In this document: piece after piece, positions 18,875 through 27,869 of the stretch | How positions within the stretch are numbered: the first letter of the stretch is position 1 | How the letters are laid out: every line of letters begins with the position of its first letter | Assembly (NCBI GenBank): GCA_023384105.1 | Contig: JAHDXR010000002.1 | Location: forward strand, 296,989 to 360,988 | Origin: Hyphomonadaceae bacterium | GTDB lineage: Bacteria; Pseudomonadota; Alphaproteobacteria; Caulobacterales; Aquidulcibacteraceae | Length of the DNA: 64,000 nt | Reading direction: 5' to 3' | Program-made: the position numbers and the translations under genes | Notes under the pieces: model-generated | Database searches by the model: none | What the model saw: the letters and a program-made list of their open reading frames with translations, nothing else | What the model was told of the DNA's origin: nothing

Positions 18875-18986
18875 CGAGTCATTCCGGACGCGCGCAGCGC
18901 GATCCGGAACCCAGGGCAAACGAGCCGCCCACGGCCCTGGGTTCCGGGTCTGCGGCGCGCATCGCGCCTGCGCCCGGAATGACTCG
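18875..18986. repeat. Nested palindromic REP-like element (outer arms CGAGTCATTCCGG / CCGGAATGACTCG)
   Basis: 13-bp outer arms at 18875-18887 and 18974-18986. 14-bp inner arms CCGGAACCCAGGGC / GCCCTGGGTTCCGG at 18904-18917 and 18934-18947. It lies between convergent argC and phaC. Confidence 0.8.
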
Positions 18987-19006
18987 CGAGCTTGCAAGCG
19001 AAACCG

Positions 19007-19033
19007 CAGGCCGGCGGGACGCCGGCGGTCCAT
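19007..19033. repeat. Solo copy of the 27-nt hairpin unit CAGGCCGGCGGGACGCCGGCGGTCCAT
   Basis: Identical to the right arm of the element at 55456-55482. It contains the internal hairpin GCCGGCG-gga-CGCCGGC. Confidence 0.85.
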
Positions 19034-19065
19034 AGGGGCGACGCGCCCGGTTTCAGCGCGGCGCT

Positions 19066-21033
19066 TTAATCCGCGTCGGAGCGTACTTTCACGTATTCGC
19101 CCGGCGCGTCGCCGAGGACGGGGAGGCCGCCTTCGCCCGGCGTGCGTGCGGGCGTGTCGGGGCCGGAGCGTTCGCGCAGCCAAGCATCCCAATGCGGCCA
19201 CCATGAGCCGGGGTGTTCTACGGCGTTCGCCTGCCAGTCCGGCAGCGCGTCGTGGAGGCTTTCGCCGGTCCAGTACTGGTATTTCTTCGCGTCGGGATGG
19301 TTGATGACGCCGGCGATGTGGCCGGAGCCGGCGACGATGTATTCCACCGGCCCGCCGAACGCCTTGGCGCTGTTGTAGACGCTCGCGGCGGGGGCGATGT
19401 GGTCTTCCTTCGAACTCTGCATGAAGATCGGGATATTCACGTCCTTCAGCGAGAGCTTCTGGCCCAGCAGTTCGAGTTCGCCGGAGGTCAGCGCGTTGTC
19501 GCGGTAGAACCTGCGCAGATAGAACAGGTGCAGCGCCTTCGGCATGCGCGTCTGGTCGGCGTTCCAGTAGAGCAGGTCGAACGGCGGCGGCTGCTTGCCG
19601 ATATAGTAATTGTCGACGACGTAGTTCCAGATCAGATCGTTCGAGCGCAGCGCATTGAACGTGTCCGCCATGGTCTGCGCGTCCAGCACGCCGCCATGCT
19701 GGTCGATCTTGTCCTCGAGGAATTTGATGCCCTGTTCGTCGGAGAAGACGAGCAGGTCGCCGGCGCATTTGAAGTCGGCCTGGGAGGCGAAGAAGGTGGC
19801 GCTCTGGATGCGCTCGTCGCCAGCCTTGGCCATGTGCGCGAGCGCGGCGGCCAGCAGCGTGCCGCCGACGCAATAGCCCACCGCATTGACGCGATCGACG
19901 CCGGCAGCCTGCTGGACGGCGTCGACGGCGGCGTAGACGCCCTCGCGCATGTAGTCCTCGAACGTGACCTCGGCCATGTCCTCGCCGGGATTGACCCAGG
20001 AAACCAGAAAGACCGTATGGCCCTGATCCAGCAGCCAGCGGATCATCGAGTTCTTCGGCTGCAGGTCGAGGATGTAGAACTTGTTGATCCAGGGCGGGAA
20101 GATCAGCAGCGGGACTTCGTGCGTCTTTTCCGTCGTCGGATCGTATTGCAGCAGTTCGAACACGCGGTTGCGGAAAATCACCTTGCCCGGCGTGGTGGCG
20201 ACGTTGACGCCCACCTTGAAGGCGTCGAGATCGGTTTGCGAGATCGCCAGCGCGCCTTCGCCGCGGGCGAGGTCCTTGGCCAAATTCTCGACGCCTTTGA
20301 GCAGGCTCTCGCCCTTGGTGGAAAAGAGCGCGCGCAGGGCGGCGGGATTGGTCATCAGGAAGTTGGAGGGCGAGGCCGCGTCCACCGCCTGCTTGATGTA
20401 GAAGGCCGCCTTGCGCTTGGTGGCGTCGTCGACGCCGTCGGCTTTCTCCACCAGATCGGTGATGAACCGCGCAGTGGCGAGATAGGATTCGCGCAGCATC
20501 GAGAAGGCGGGGTTGGAGCGCCATTCCGGATCGCGGAAGCGCTTGTCGCGAACCGGGCCTTCCTCAGGCAGCTGGCCGGTGAGCATGTAGGCGGCGTGGC
20601 GCTGCCAGATCTCGGCATAACGCTGCCAGAGCGTGGCGTGCGCTTCGCGCAGCGTTTCGGGCTGGTGCGCCAGCTGCGACCAGACGTCGTTCAGCGCCGC
20701 CTGCATGCCGAGCGGATCGGGCCGCCACTGCGCGGCGTCCTTCGCCTGATCGATGAAGGCGGTGGAGAACACCTGGTTGGCGCGCGTCATGGCCGAAGTG
20801 AGGTTGGCGGAAAGCGCGGCCAGACTGTCGGCGGTCTGGGCCATGATCACTTCGTTCAGCGGCGGGGCTTCGAGCGCTTTGGCCTCCGTCTTCCGCTCCG
20901 CCGGTTTGGGCTCGGGCGGCGGCTTCGCTTCCGTAGCGGGAGCGGCCTTGGGCGCCCGCTTGCGCGCGCGTTTGGCCTTGGCCGGCGGCTTCGGCTCGGC
21001 GGGCTTCGCTGCGGGCTCGACGCCGTCGGTCAT
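19066..21033 (-). CDS. phaC: Class I poly(3-hydroxyalkanoate) synthase with Pro/Ala/Lys-rich N-terminal extension
   Basis: Lipase box GYCVGG, plus PLLIFPPWINKFYILDL and HIAGVINHP. The ATG at 21033 was chosen (MTDGVEPAAKPAEPKPPAKAKRARKRAPKAAP...). Confidence 0.9.
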   Translation of the reverse strand: MTDGVEPAAKPAEPKPPAKAKRARKRAPKAAPATEAKPPPEPKPAERKTEAKALEAPPLNEVIMAQTADSLAALSANLTSAMTRANQVFSTAFIDQAKDAAQWRPDPLGMQAALNDVWSQLAHQPETLREAHATLWQRYAEIWQRHAAYMLTGQLPEEGPVRDKRFRDPEWRSNPAFSMLRESYLATARFITDLVEKADGVDDATKRKAAFYIKQAVDAASPSNFLMTNPAALRALFSTKGESLLKGVENLAKDLARGEGALAISQTDLDAFKVGVNVATTPGKVIFRNRVFELLQYDPTTEKTHEVPLLIFPPWINKFYILDLQPKNSMIRWLLDQGHTVFLVSWVNPGEDMAEVTFEDYMREGVYAAVDAVQQAAGVDRVNAVGYCVGGTLLAAALAHMAKAGDERIQSATFFASQADFKCAGDLLVFSDEQGIKFLEDKIDQHGGVLDAQTMADTFNALRSNDLIWNYVVDNYYIGKQPPPFDLLYWNADQTRMPKALHLFYLRRFYRDNALTSGELELLGQKLSLKDVNIPIFMQSSKEDHIAPAASVYNSAKAFGGPVEYIVAGSGHIAGVINHPDAKKYQYWTGESLHDALPDWQANAVEHPGSWWPHWDAWLRERSGPDTPARTPGEGGLPVLGDAPGEYVKVRSDAD

Positions 21034-21144
21034 GCGCTTTCTCCCTATGTGCGGACTGTAATGCCGCTTCGTGCTGTGGCGCAAAGGCCGGCTCTAGTAT
21101 AGGAGCAAGTGGGGCCGGACTCGCGGCCCGGAAAGTATCGGTTC

Positions 21145-21465
21145 ATGCGTTTAGCTCTCGTTGCGATCCTCGGTCTTGCCCTTGGCGGTTGTGTCAGCGC
21201 GGGCAATGCGCCGGAATGGTTCGCGGCGCGCAGCGCCGAAGCGGACGCCGGCTATCCGAGCCTGCGCTCGGTGCCGACCGGGACCTCGGCCAACACCGAC
21301 GCGGCCCATTGGGCGGCGATCGAGGCCGACCTTCTGGCCGCGCGCACGGCGCTTCGGAACAGCCCCCGCTCGCAGCCGGCCAGCGCCACCGAGAGCCCGG
21401 CCGAATTCCTCGATCAAGCGCGCGAGGACCTCGAAGAGACGCGCCAGTCGCACGACCCGAACTGA
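21145..21465 (+). CDS. Hypothetical lipoprotein
   Basis: MRLALVAILGLALGGC is a lipoprotein signal. The remainder is low complexity with no family recognised. Confidence 0.45.
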   Translation: MRLALVAILGLALGGCVSAGNAPEWFAARSAEADAGYPSLRSVPTGTSANTDAAHWAAIEADLLAARTALRNSPRSQPASATESPAEFLDQAREDLEETRQSHDPN

Positions 21466-21483
21466 GTCTCCTGCGCGGTTTCG

Positions 21484-22677
21484 ATGAGCGATTTTCACAA
21501 GATCAGACGGCTGCCTCCTTACGTGTTCGAGGAGGTCAACAGGCTCAAGGCGCGCCTGCGCGGGCAGGGCGTTGACATTATCGATTTCGGCATGGGCAAT
21601 CCGGACCTGCCGGTCCCCGACCATATCGTCGAGAAGCTGTGCGAGACGGCGAAGAAGCCGCGCACCAACCGCTACAGCGCCTCGCGCGGCATTCCCGGCC
21701 TGCGCAAGGCGATGGCCGGCTATTACGAGCGCCGCTTCGGCGTGACGCTCAATCCGGACACGCAGATCGTCTCGACGCTCGGCTCGAAGGAAGGCTTCGC
21801 CAATCTGGCGCAGGCGATCACCGCGCCGGGCGACACCATCATCACGCCGAACCCGTCCTATCCGATCCACGCCTTCGGCTTCATCATGGCCGGCGGCGTC
21901 ATCCGCCACATCGAGGCGCATTCGCCGGAGCAATATCTGAGCGGGCTTGGCCGGGCGGTGCGCCATTCGGTGCCGCCGCCGATCGCGATGGTGACCTGCT
22001 ATCCGGCCAACCCGACCGCGCAGACGGCCGATCTCGACTTCTACAAGGACGCGGTGGCGTTCGCGCGCAAGCACGACATGTTCGTGCTCTCGGACATGGC
22101 CTATTCGGAAATCTACTTCGAGGACGATCCGCCCCCGTCCGTGCTGCAGGTCGAGGGCGCGGCGGACGTGTGCGTCGAGGTCAACACGCTGTCGAAGACC
22201 TATTCGATGGCGGGCTTCCGGGTCGGCTTCGCGCTCGGCAACGAACGGCTGATCGCGGCGCTGGCGCGGGTCAAGTCGTACCTCGACTATGGCGCCTACA
22301 CGCCGGTGCAGGTGGCTGCGGCGGCGGCGCTCAACGGGCCGCAGGAGTGCGTGACCGAGATGCGCGCGATCTACAAGCAGCGCCGCGACGTGCTGCTTGA
22401 GAGCTTCGCCAAGGCGGGCTGGCCTTTGCCGAAGCCGGCGGCGTCGATGTTCGTGTGGGCGCCGCTGCCGGAGCAGTTCAAGCATCTGGGGTCGGTGGAG
22501 TTCGCCAAGCGGCTGATGGAGGGCGCCGAGATCGCGGTCGCGCCCGGCGCGGGCTTCGGCGAATACGGCGACGGCTTCGTGCGCATCGCACTGGTCGAGA
22601 ACGAGCAGCGCATCCGTCAGGCCGCGCGCAATCTGAAGAAATTTCTGCAATCCAATGCAGCCCAGGCTGCGGAGTAA
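21484..22677 (+). CDS. Class I/II PLP-dependent aminotransferase (AlaC-like)
   Basis: IRRLPPYVFEEVNRLKARLRGQGVDIIDFGMGNPDLPVPDHIVEKLCE...SRGIPGLRKA...NPSYPIH...LSKTYSMAGFRVGF closely resembles the E. coli AlaC/YfdZ-type pattern. Confidence 0.85.
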   Translation: MSDFHKIRRLPPYVFEEVNRLKARLRGQGVDIIDFGMGNPDLPVPDHIVEKLCETAKKPRTNRYSASRGIPGLRKAMAGYYERRFGVTLNPDTQIVSTLGSKEGFANLAQAITAPGDTIITPNPSYPIHAFGFIMAGGVIRHIEAHSPEQYLSGLGRAVRHSVPPPIAMVTCYPANPTAQTADLDFYKDAVAFARKHDMFVLSDMAYSEIYFEDDPPPSVLQVEGAADVCVEVNTLSKTYSMAGFRVGFALGNERLIAALARVKSYLDYGAYTPVQVAAAAALNGPQECVTEMRAIYKQRRDVLLESFAKAGWPLPKPAASMFVWAPLPEQFKHLGSVEFAKRLMEGAEIAVAPGAGFGEYGDGFVRIALVENEQRIRQAARNLKKFLQSNAAQAAE

Positions 22678-22680
22678 GTC

Positions 22681-23976
22681 ATGGGCAAGCTGCGGGTTGG
22701 CATCGCTGGACTGGGCACTGTCGGCGGCGGGCTGCTCAAGCTGTTCGCCGATCCGGCCGCGCGGCTGAACGAGAAGCTGGAGCTTGTCGCCGTCTCCGCG
22801 CGCAATCGCTCGCGCGACCGCGGCGTCGACATCGGCCGCTATCGCTGGTTCGACGATCCGGTCGAACTGGCCGCGCAGCCCGACGTCGACGTGGTTGTCG
22901 AACTGATCGGCGGCAGCGACGGGCCGGCCAAGCGCACGGTCGAGACGGCGCTGCAGCGCGGCGCGCATGTCGTCAGCGCCAACAAGGCGCTCATCGCCGT
23001 GCATGGCGTGGCGCTGGCCGAACTCTCCGAGGCCAAGGGCGGCAAGCTCCTGTTCGAAGCGGCCGTCGGCGGCGGCGTGCCGATGGTGAAGGCGCTGAAG
23101 GAGAGCGTCGCCGGCTGCTGCGCCAGCGCCGTCGCCGGCATTCTCAACGGCACCTGCAACTACATCCTGACCGAGATGGAGTCCTCCGGCCGCTCGTTCG
23201 AGGACGTGCTCGCGGATGCGCAGCGCCTTGGCTACGCTGAAGCCGATCCGATCATGGACGTGGGCGGTTTCGACGCGGCCCACAAGCTGACGATCCTCTC
23301 GGCCATCGCCTTCGGCGCCCGGCCCGATTTCGAGCATGTGCGGATCGAAGGCATTGAGCGCGTTTCGCTGATCGACATCCGCATGGCCGGCAAGCTGGGC
23401 TTTCGCATCAAGCTCCTGGCGAAGGGGGCCTCGACGGAAAACGGGGTCGAAATGCATGTGCGCCCGGCGCTGCTCGCGTTCGATCATCCGCTCGCCAATA
23501 TCGGCGGTTCGCTCAATGCGCTGGTCGTCGACGCCGAGCCGGCGGGGCAGCTCACCTTCATCGGGCGCGGCGCCGGCGCAGGGCCGACCGCGGCTTCGGT
23601 GGCGGCCGATCTGATCGATCTGGCCGAAGGGCGCGCGGGCTTCGCCTTCGGCCGGCCGCTGGCGCAGCTCACGTCCGCGCCGCGGGCGACGCCGGTGGAG
23701 CGCGGGCGCTATTATCTGCGTCTGATGGTGGCGGACCGGCCGGGCGTCGTCGCGGCCATCTCGGACCGCCTGGCGCACGAAAGCATCTCGATCGAGAGCT
23801 TCCTTCAGATGCCGGCGCCTGAAGGGCCCGCAGTGCCGATCGTGCTCACCACGCAAACGTGCCCGCGCGAGGCGGTCGAGGCGGCGGTGGCCGCCATGCA
23901 GGCGCTCGATGTCGTGGTCGAGCCGCCCTATGTCATGCCGGTGGAAGTGTCCGGCGCGCGCTGGGGGCGCGGATGA
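22681..23976 (+). CDS. hom: Homoserine dehydrogenase
   Basis: VGIAGLGTVGGG, NKALIA, ILNGTCNYILT, and a C-terminal ACT-like region (YYLRLMVADRPGVVAAISDRLA). Confidence 0.92.
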   Translation: MGKLRVGIAGLGTVGGGLLKLFADPAARLNEKLELVAVSARNRSRDRGVDIGRYRWFDDPVELAAQPDVDVVVELIGGSDGPAKRTVETALQRGAHVVSANKALIAVHGVALAELSEAKGGKLLFEAAVGGGVPMVKALKESVAGCCASAVAGILNGTCNYILTEMESSGRSFEDVLADAQRLGYAEADPIMDVGGFDAAHKLTILSAIAFGARPDFEHVRIEGIERVSLIDIRMAGKLGFRIKLLAKGASTENGVEMHVRPALLAFDHPLANIGGSLNALVVDAEPAGQLTFIGRGAGAGPTAASVAADLIDLAEGRAGFAFGRPLAQLTSAPRATPVERGRYYLRLMVADRPGVVAAISDRLAHESISIESFLQMPAPEGPAVPIVLTTQTCPREAVEAAVAAMQALDVVVEPPYVMPVEVSGARWGRG

Positions 23977-24923
23977 GCATCATCACCGACGATCTCGCAC
24001 TGATGCTGGCGCGCGCGCCGATCGAGGCCGCAATCGCCTCGTCCTACCTGATCGGGCGCGGCGACGAGCGCGCCGCCGACCAGGCGGCGGTCGACGCCAT
24101 GCGCGCGACGCTCAACACCATGCCGATCAAGGGCCGTGTCGTGATCGGCGAAGGCGAACGCGACAATGCGCCGATGCTGTACGTCGGCGAGGAAGTGGGG
24201 ACCGGCGCGGGCCCGGAGCTGGACATCGCCCTCGATCCGCTCGAAGGCACGACGCTCACCGCCAAGGCCAAGTCGAACGCGCTGTCGGTGCTGGCGATCG
24301 CGCCGAAGGGCGGCCTGTTGCATGCGCCCGACACGTACATGGAAAAGATCGCGATCGGGCCGGGCTATCCGCCGGATTTGGTCGATCTCGACGAAGGCGC
24401 CGCGGACAACGTGCGCAGGCTGGCCAAGGTCAAGGGCGTTTCGCCGGAGGAGATTGGCGTCTGCGTGCTCGACCGGCCGCGCCATGCCGGCATCATCGAA
24501 GCGCTGCGCGGCGTCGGCGCGCGCGTGCGGCTGATCGACGACGGCGACATTGCCGGCGTCATCGATTGCACCAAGCCCGAAACCGGCATCGACATGTATC
24601 TGGGCCAAGGCGGCGCGCCGGAGGGCGTGCTGGCGTCGGCGGCGCTGAAATGCGTCGGCGGACAATTCCAGGGCCGCTTGGTCATCCGCAACGACGAGGA
24701 GCGTGCGCGGGCCCGCGCCGCCGGCATCGAGGATCTGAAGCGCCGCTATATGCTGGACGATCTCGTCTCCAAGGACGCGATCTTCATCGCTGTCGGCGTC
24801 ACGCCGGGTTCGCTGCTGCAGGGCGTCCGCATCGGCGGCGGCGCGATTCACGTGAACGCGGTGGTGATGAACAGCGCTACTCACACCGTAACCGAGCTGC
24901 GCATCCGTCAGCCGGCCTCCTAA
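23973..24923 (+). CDS. glpX: Class II fructose-1,6-bisphosphatase
   Basis: GRGDERAADQAAVDAMR...VIGEGERDNAPMLY...DIALDPLEGTT...GGAPEGVLAAA-like motifs. The ATG at 23973 overlaps the hom stop (ATGA). Confidence 0.9.
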   Translation: MSIITDDLALMLARAPIEAAIASSYLIGRGDERAADQAAVDAMRATLNTMPIKGRVVIGEGERDNAPMLYVGEEVGTGAGPELDIALDPLEGTTLTAKAKSNALSVLAIAPKGGLLHAPDTYMEKIAIGPGYPPDLVDLDEGAADNVRRLAKVKGVSPEEIGVCVLDRPRHAGIIEALRGVGARVRLIDDGDIAGVIDCTKPETGIDMYLGQGGAPEGVLASAALKCVGGQFQGRLVIRNDEERARARAAGIEDLKRRYMLDDLVSKDAIFIAVGVTPGSLLQGVRIGGGAIHVNAVVMNSATHTVTELRIRQPAS

Positions 24924-24976
24924 GCGCCACATCCTGTGCGATGCTGGACCATGTCGAGATTCGATTCGGTTCAGCA

Positions 24977-26773
24977 ATGAGTGCGGCGCTGAAGCTTGAA
25001 GCCGCGAGCGCGTTCCTCGGCGTGCAGCGTTCGCTCACCGGGCGTCGCTGGCGCGCGCGCGAAGCCGATCTCGGTCTGGTGGAAGCGTTCCGCCGGCGCT
25101 TTTCGCTGCCGGAGATCGCGGCGCGTTTGCTGGTGGGGCGCGGCGTGGCGCTCGAAAGCGCCGAGAATTTCCTCGACCCCACGCTGAAGGCGCTGTTTCC
25201 CGATCCCTCCAGCTTCGCCGACATGGATGAAGCCGCGCGCACAATCGAAGACGCAATTGTCAGCGGGCGTCCCTCGGCGATGCTGGCCGACTATGACGTC
25301 GACGGCGGTTCATCGGCGGCGCAGCTGGTGCGCTACTTCCGCGCGCGCGGCCGCGAGTTGAAAATCTACGTTCCGGATCGCATGAAGGAGGGCTACGGGC
25401 CGTCCGTGCTGGCGTTCGAGCGATTGAAGGCCGAAGGCGTCGAACTCGTCATCACCGTGGATTGCGGCGCGGCGGCGGAAGGGCCGCTCAACGCCGCCGC
25501 CGATCTCGGACTCGACGTCGTCGTGCTCGACCACCACCTGATGGCGCACGATCCGCCGAAAGCGCGCGCGGTGGTCAACCCGAACCGGCTGGATTGCAGG
25601 TCGGGCCAGGGCCATCTCACGGCGGCCGGCGTGGTGCTGGTGACGCTCGCCGCCGTCAATCGCGAAGCGCGGCGGCGGGGCTCGATCGGCTCGAACAATC
25701 TGCCCGATCTGATCCAGATGCTCGACCTCGCCGCAATCGGCACGGTGTGCGATGTGGCGCCGCTGACCGGATTCAATCGCGCCATCGTCGCGCAGGGGCT
25801 GAAGATCCTGCGCAACGGCAAGAATATCGGCCTGGCTGCGCTGGCGGAGAACGCCGGGCGCAAGGGCCATGCGAGCGTTTACGATCTCGGCTTCGTGCTC
25901 GGCCCGCGCATCAATGCGGGCGGGCGCGTGGGCGATGCGTCGCTGGCGACGCGGCTGCTGTCGACCGAGGATGTCGAGGAAGCGCGCGAACTGGCGTCGA
26001 CGCTCGAAGCGCTGAACCAGGAACGGCGCCAGCGCGAGGCCGAGATGCTGGCGGAGGCGGAGACCGCAGCGATCGCCGAGGCGGAGAAGCGCGCCGTGGT
26101 GATCGTCGGCTCGCATACATGGCATCCGGGCGTGATCGGCATCGCCGCCGGCCGGCTGAAGGACCGGCTGATGAAGCCGACCATCGTCTTGGGCGGCGTC
26201 AGCCAGCATGAGCCGGCCAAGGGCTCGGGGCGTTCGACGCCGGGGGTGAACCTCGGCGCGGCGGTCGCGGCGGCGAAGGAAGCGGGGCTGCTGATCAATG
26301 GCGGCGGCCACGCGGCGGCGGCGGGGCTCACGGTGGAGTGGGAGCAGGTCGAGGCGCTGAAAGATTTCCTCTCGGAGCGGCTCGAAGGCGAACTCGCGGC
26401 GGCGGAAGGCGAGGCGCGGGCCTTGTCGATCGACGCGGCCGGCGCGGTCGGGGCGGTCGACCTGAGTTTAATCGAAGCGCTCGAGCGGATCGGGCCGTAT
26501 GGGCAGGGCCATCCCGAGCCGGTGTTCGCGCTGCCGGACGTGCGCGTCTCGTTCGCCAAGCTGGTGAAAGAGGATCATGTCCGCTTCACGCTGGAGGACG
26601 CCCGCGGCGCGCGCGTGGGCGGCATCGCTTTCCGCGCCATGAAGAGCCCGATCGGCGAGGCGCTGATGAAGCGGGACGCCGCCTATCACGCCGCGGTGCG
26701 GGTGAAGAAGAACGAGTGGAACGACACCGTCCGGGCCGAGGTCGAGATCGTGGACCTGGCGGCCGCGAACTAG
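24977..26773 (+). CDS. recJ: Single-stranded-DNA-specific exonuclease RecJ
   Basis: DHH motifs: ADYDVDGGSS, TVDCGA, VVLDHH and GGGHAAAAG. An alternative in-frame ATG lies at 24941. The 954-aa track ORF from 23909 reads through the glpX region in another frame. Confidence 0.9.
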   Translation: MSAALKLEAASAFLGVQRSLTGRRWRAREADLGLVEAFRRRFSLPEIAARLLVGRGVALESAENFLDPTLKALFPDPSSFADMDEAARTIEDAIVSGRPSAMLADYDVDGGSSAAQLVRYFRARGRELKIYVPDRMKEGYGPSVLAFERLKAEGVELVITVDCGAAAEGPLNAAADLGLDVVVLDHHLMAHDPPKARAVVNPNRLDCRSGQGHLTAAGVVLVTLAAVNREARRRGSIGSNNLPDLIQMLDLAAIGTVCDVAPLTGFNRAIVAQGLKILRNGKNIGLAALAENAGRKGHASVYDLGFVLGPRINAGGRVGDASLATRLLSTEDVEEARELASTLEALNQERRQREAEMLAEAETAAIAEAEKRAVVIVGSHTWHPGVIGIAAGRLKDRLMKPTIVLGGVSQHEPAKGSGRSTPGVNLGAAVAAAKEAGLLINGGGHAAAAGLTVEWEQVEALKDFLSERLEGELAAAEGEARALSIDAAGAVGAVDLSLIEALERIGPYGQGHPEPVFALPDVRVSFAKLVKEDHVRFTLEDARGARVGGIAFRAMKSPIGEALMKRDAAYHAAVRVKKNEWNDTVRAEVEIVDLAAAN

Positions 26774-26988
26774 AAATCGTCCTGCGGCCGCGAAAGCCCC
26801 CGGACCGAGAAGAAGATCATCGCGATCCCGGCCAGCGTGAAGAAGCCGAGCATCGGCGCGGAGACTGCGATCCCCGCAGCCGGCGCCATCCACGGCAGGT
26901 GCGGGCCGCCCAGGCGCAGGTAGAGGACCCGCGCCAGAGGCGCCAGCAGCACCCAGCCTGTGAGCAGCCCCGGAAGCCGCGTGATCAT
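26770..26988 (-). CDS. Hypothetical small membrane protein
   Basis: 72 aa with two hydrophobic segments and no family recognised. Its stop shares the palindrome CTAG with the recJ stop. Confidence 0.3.
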   Translation of the reverse strand: MITRLPGLLTGWVLLAPLARVLYLRLGGPHLPWMAPAAGIAVSAPMLGFFTLAGIAMIFFSVRGLSRPQDDF

Positions 26989-27002
26989 CCGCGCCTCCCG
27001 CC

Positions 27003-27031
27003 TTGCCAGCGCGCGCGCATCCCTCTATATG
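27003..27031 (+). promoter_or_regulatory. Candidate promoter of tRNA-Glu
   Basis: TTGCCA (27003-27008), a 17-nt spacer, then TATATG (27026-27031), 42 nt upstream of the tRNA 5-prime end. Confidence 0.4.
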
Positions 27032-27072
27032 CCGGCCTTCCCGCGCGCCCGGGGCGACCCGGGCGGGCATGC

Positions 27073-27147
27073 GGGCCCTTCGTCTATCGGTTAGGACGTC
27101 AGGTTTTCAACCTGAAAAGAGGGGTTCGATTCCCCTAGGGCCTGCCA
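27073..27147 (+). tRNA. tRNA-Glu (anticodon UUC)
   Basis: Hand fold: acceptor GGGCCCT/AGGGCCT (G1-U72 wobble), anticodon stem TCAGG/CCTGA with loop TTTTCAA, T arm AGGGG-TTCGATT-CCCCT, then G and CCA. Confidence 0.85.
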
Positions 27148-27202
27148 CTTTCACGCCCCCAAGCCCGTGCTAGAACGCCTCCCGTTCGAGGGACGAGGCC
27201 CT

Positions 27203-27685
27203 ATGCTGTCAGCTCCGCTTTTTCGCGCCGCCGCGCTCGGTTTCGCACTGATCTCAGGAGCGTGCTCGCAGCCGGCGTCGCTGCGCGACGGGGCGCCGCA
27301 AGCCCTGGAGACCGAGCAGCTCACTATCGACACCGCCGGCGGCCCGGTGCGCTTCACCGTCGAAATCGCCGACGACGACGCCGAGCGCGCGCGCGGGCTG
27401 ATGTTCCGCGAAAGCCTGGCCGACGATCGCGGCATGCTGTTCCACTTCCAGCAGCCGGAGCGGGCGAGTTTCTGGATGCGCAACACGCCGCTCTCGCTCG
27501 ACATCATCTTCATCGGGCTCGACGGCCGGATCCTCAACATCGCCGAACGCACCACGCCATATTCCGAGGCGCCGATCCCGGCTGTGGGGCTGACGCGCGG
27601 CGTGCTCGAAATCCGCGGCGGGCGCGCCGCCGCGCTCGGCATCCGTCCGGGCGATCGGGTGCGCCACCGCATCTTCAACGGCTAG
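27203..27685 (+). CDS. DUF192 domain-containing protein
   Basis: A signal-like N-terminus, then ERARGLMFRESLADDRGMLFHF...FWMRNTPLSLDIIF, the DUF192 signature. Confidence 0.75.
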   Translation: MLSAPLFRAAALGFALISGACSQPASLRDGAPQALETEQLTIDTAGGPVRFTVEIADDDAERARGLMFRESLADDRGMLFHFQQPERASFWMRNTPLSLDIIFIGLDGRILNIAERTTPYSEAPIPAVGLTRGVLEIRGGRAAALGIRPGDRVRHRIFNG

Positions 27686-27728
27686 CGCCGTTGCCGGGCG
27701 CGCCGCGGCGTGGCAACAGGTGCGCGAT

Positions 27729-27805
27729 CGGGGTGTAGCTCAGCCTGGTAGAGCGCCAGCTTTGGGAGCTGGATGTCGCGAGTTCGAATCCCGCCGCCCC
27801 GACCA
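27729..27805 (+). tRNA. tRNA-Pro (anticodon UGG)
   Basis: Acceptor CGGGGTG/CGCCCCG, D arm GCTC-AGCCTGGTA-GAGC, anticodon stem CCAGC/GCTGG with loop TTTGGGA, T arm GCGAG-TTCGAAT-CCCGC (one A-C mismatch), then A and CCA. Confidence 0.88.
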
Positions 27806-27814
27806 ATAACAACA

Positions 27815-27857
27815 AGGCCCGCACCGGAAACCGGCGCGGGCCTTTCATATTTTTTTG
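27815..27857. terminator. Bidirectional rho-independent terminator
   Basis: AGGCCCGC-aCCGGaaaCCGGc-GCGGGCCT, followed by TTCATATTTTTTT on the + strand and TTGTTGTT on the - strand. Confidence 0.75.
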
Positions 27858-27869
27858 GAGCCTCCGCGT

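Noticed and set aside
16675-18882. Very long antisense or alternative-frame ORFs. Examples: 16675-18882 minus (735 aa), 21151-23856 minus (901 aa), 37991-40252 minus (753 aa), 42883-44901 minus (672 aa), 33333-34625 minus, 10687-12672 N-terminal extension, 2497-3627 plus.
   Set aside because: Their translations are Arg/His/Asp/Gly/Ala-rich low-complexity strings with no family signatures. Each fully overlaps a gene with unmistakable conserved motifs in another frame. Long shadow ORFs are expected in high-G+C DNA because stop codons are rare.
23909-24976. N-terminal 356 codons of the 954-aa ORF 23909-26773, which would make a giant RecJ fusion.
   Set aside because: This part is an open alternative frame across glpX with an Arg/Gly-rich nonsense translation. 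RecJ similarity begins only near the ATG at 24977 (or 24941).
26770-26773. Convergent recJ and the small membrane ORF sharing the palindromic CTAG as both stop codons.
   Set aside because: The geometry is real, but the 72-aa ORF is itself uncertain, and a 4-nt tail-to-tail overlap has no obvious functional implication.
27729-27805. A-C mismatch in the T stem of tRNA-Pro(UGG) (GCGAG / CCCGC) as a sign of a tRNA pseudogene.
   Set aside because: All other stems, the anticodon loop, the T loop (TTCGAAT) and the CCA end are intact. A single mismatch at position 52:62 is tolerated in functional tRNAs, so it is kept as a normal tRNA.
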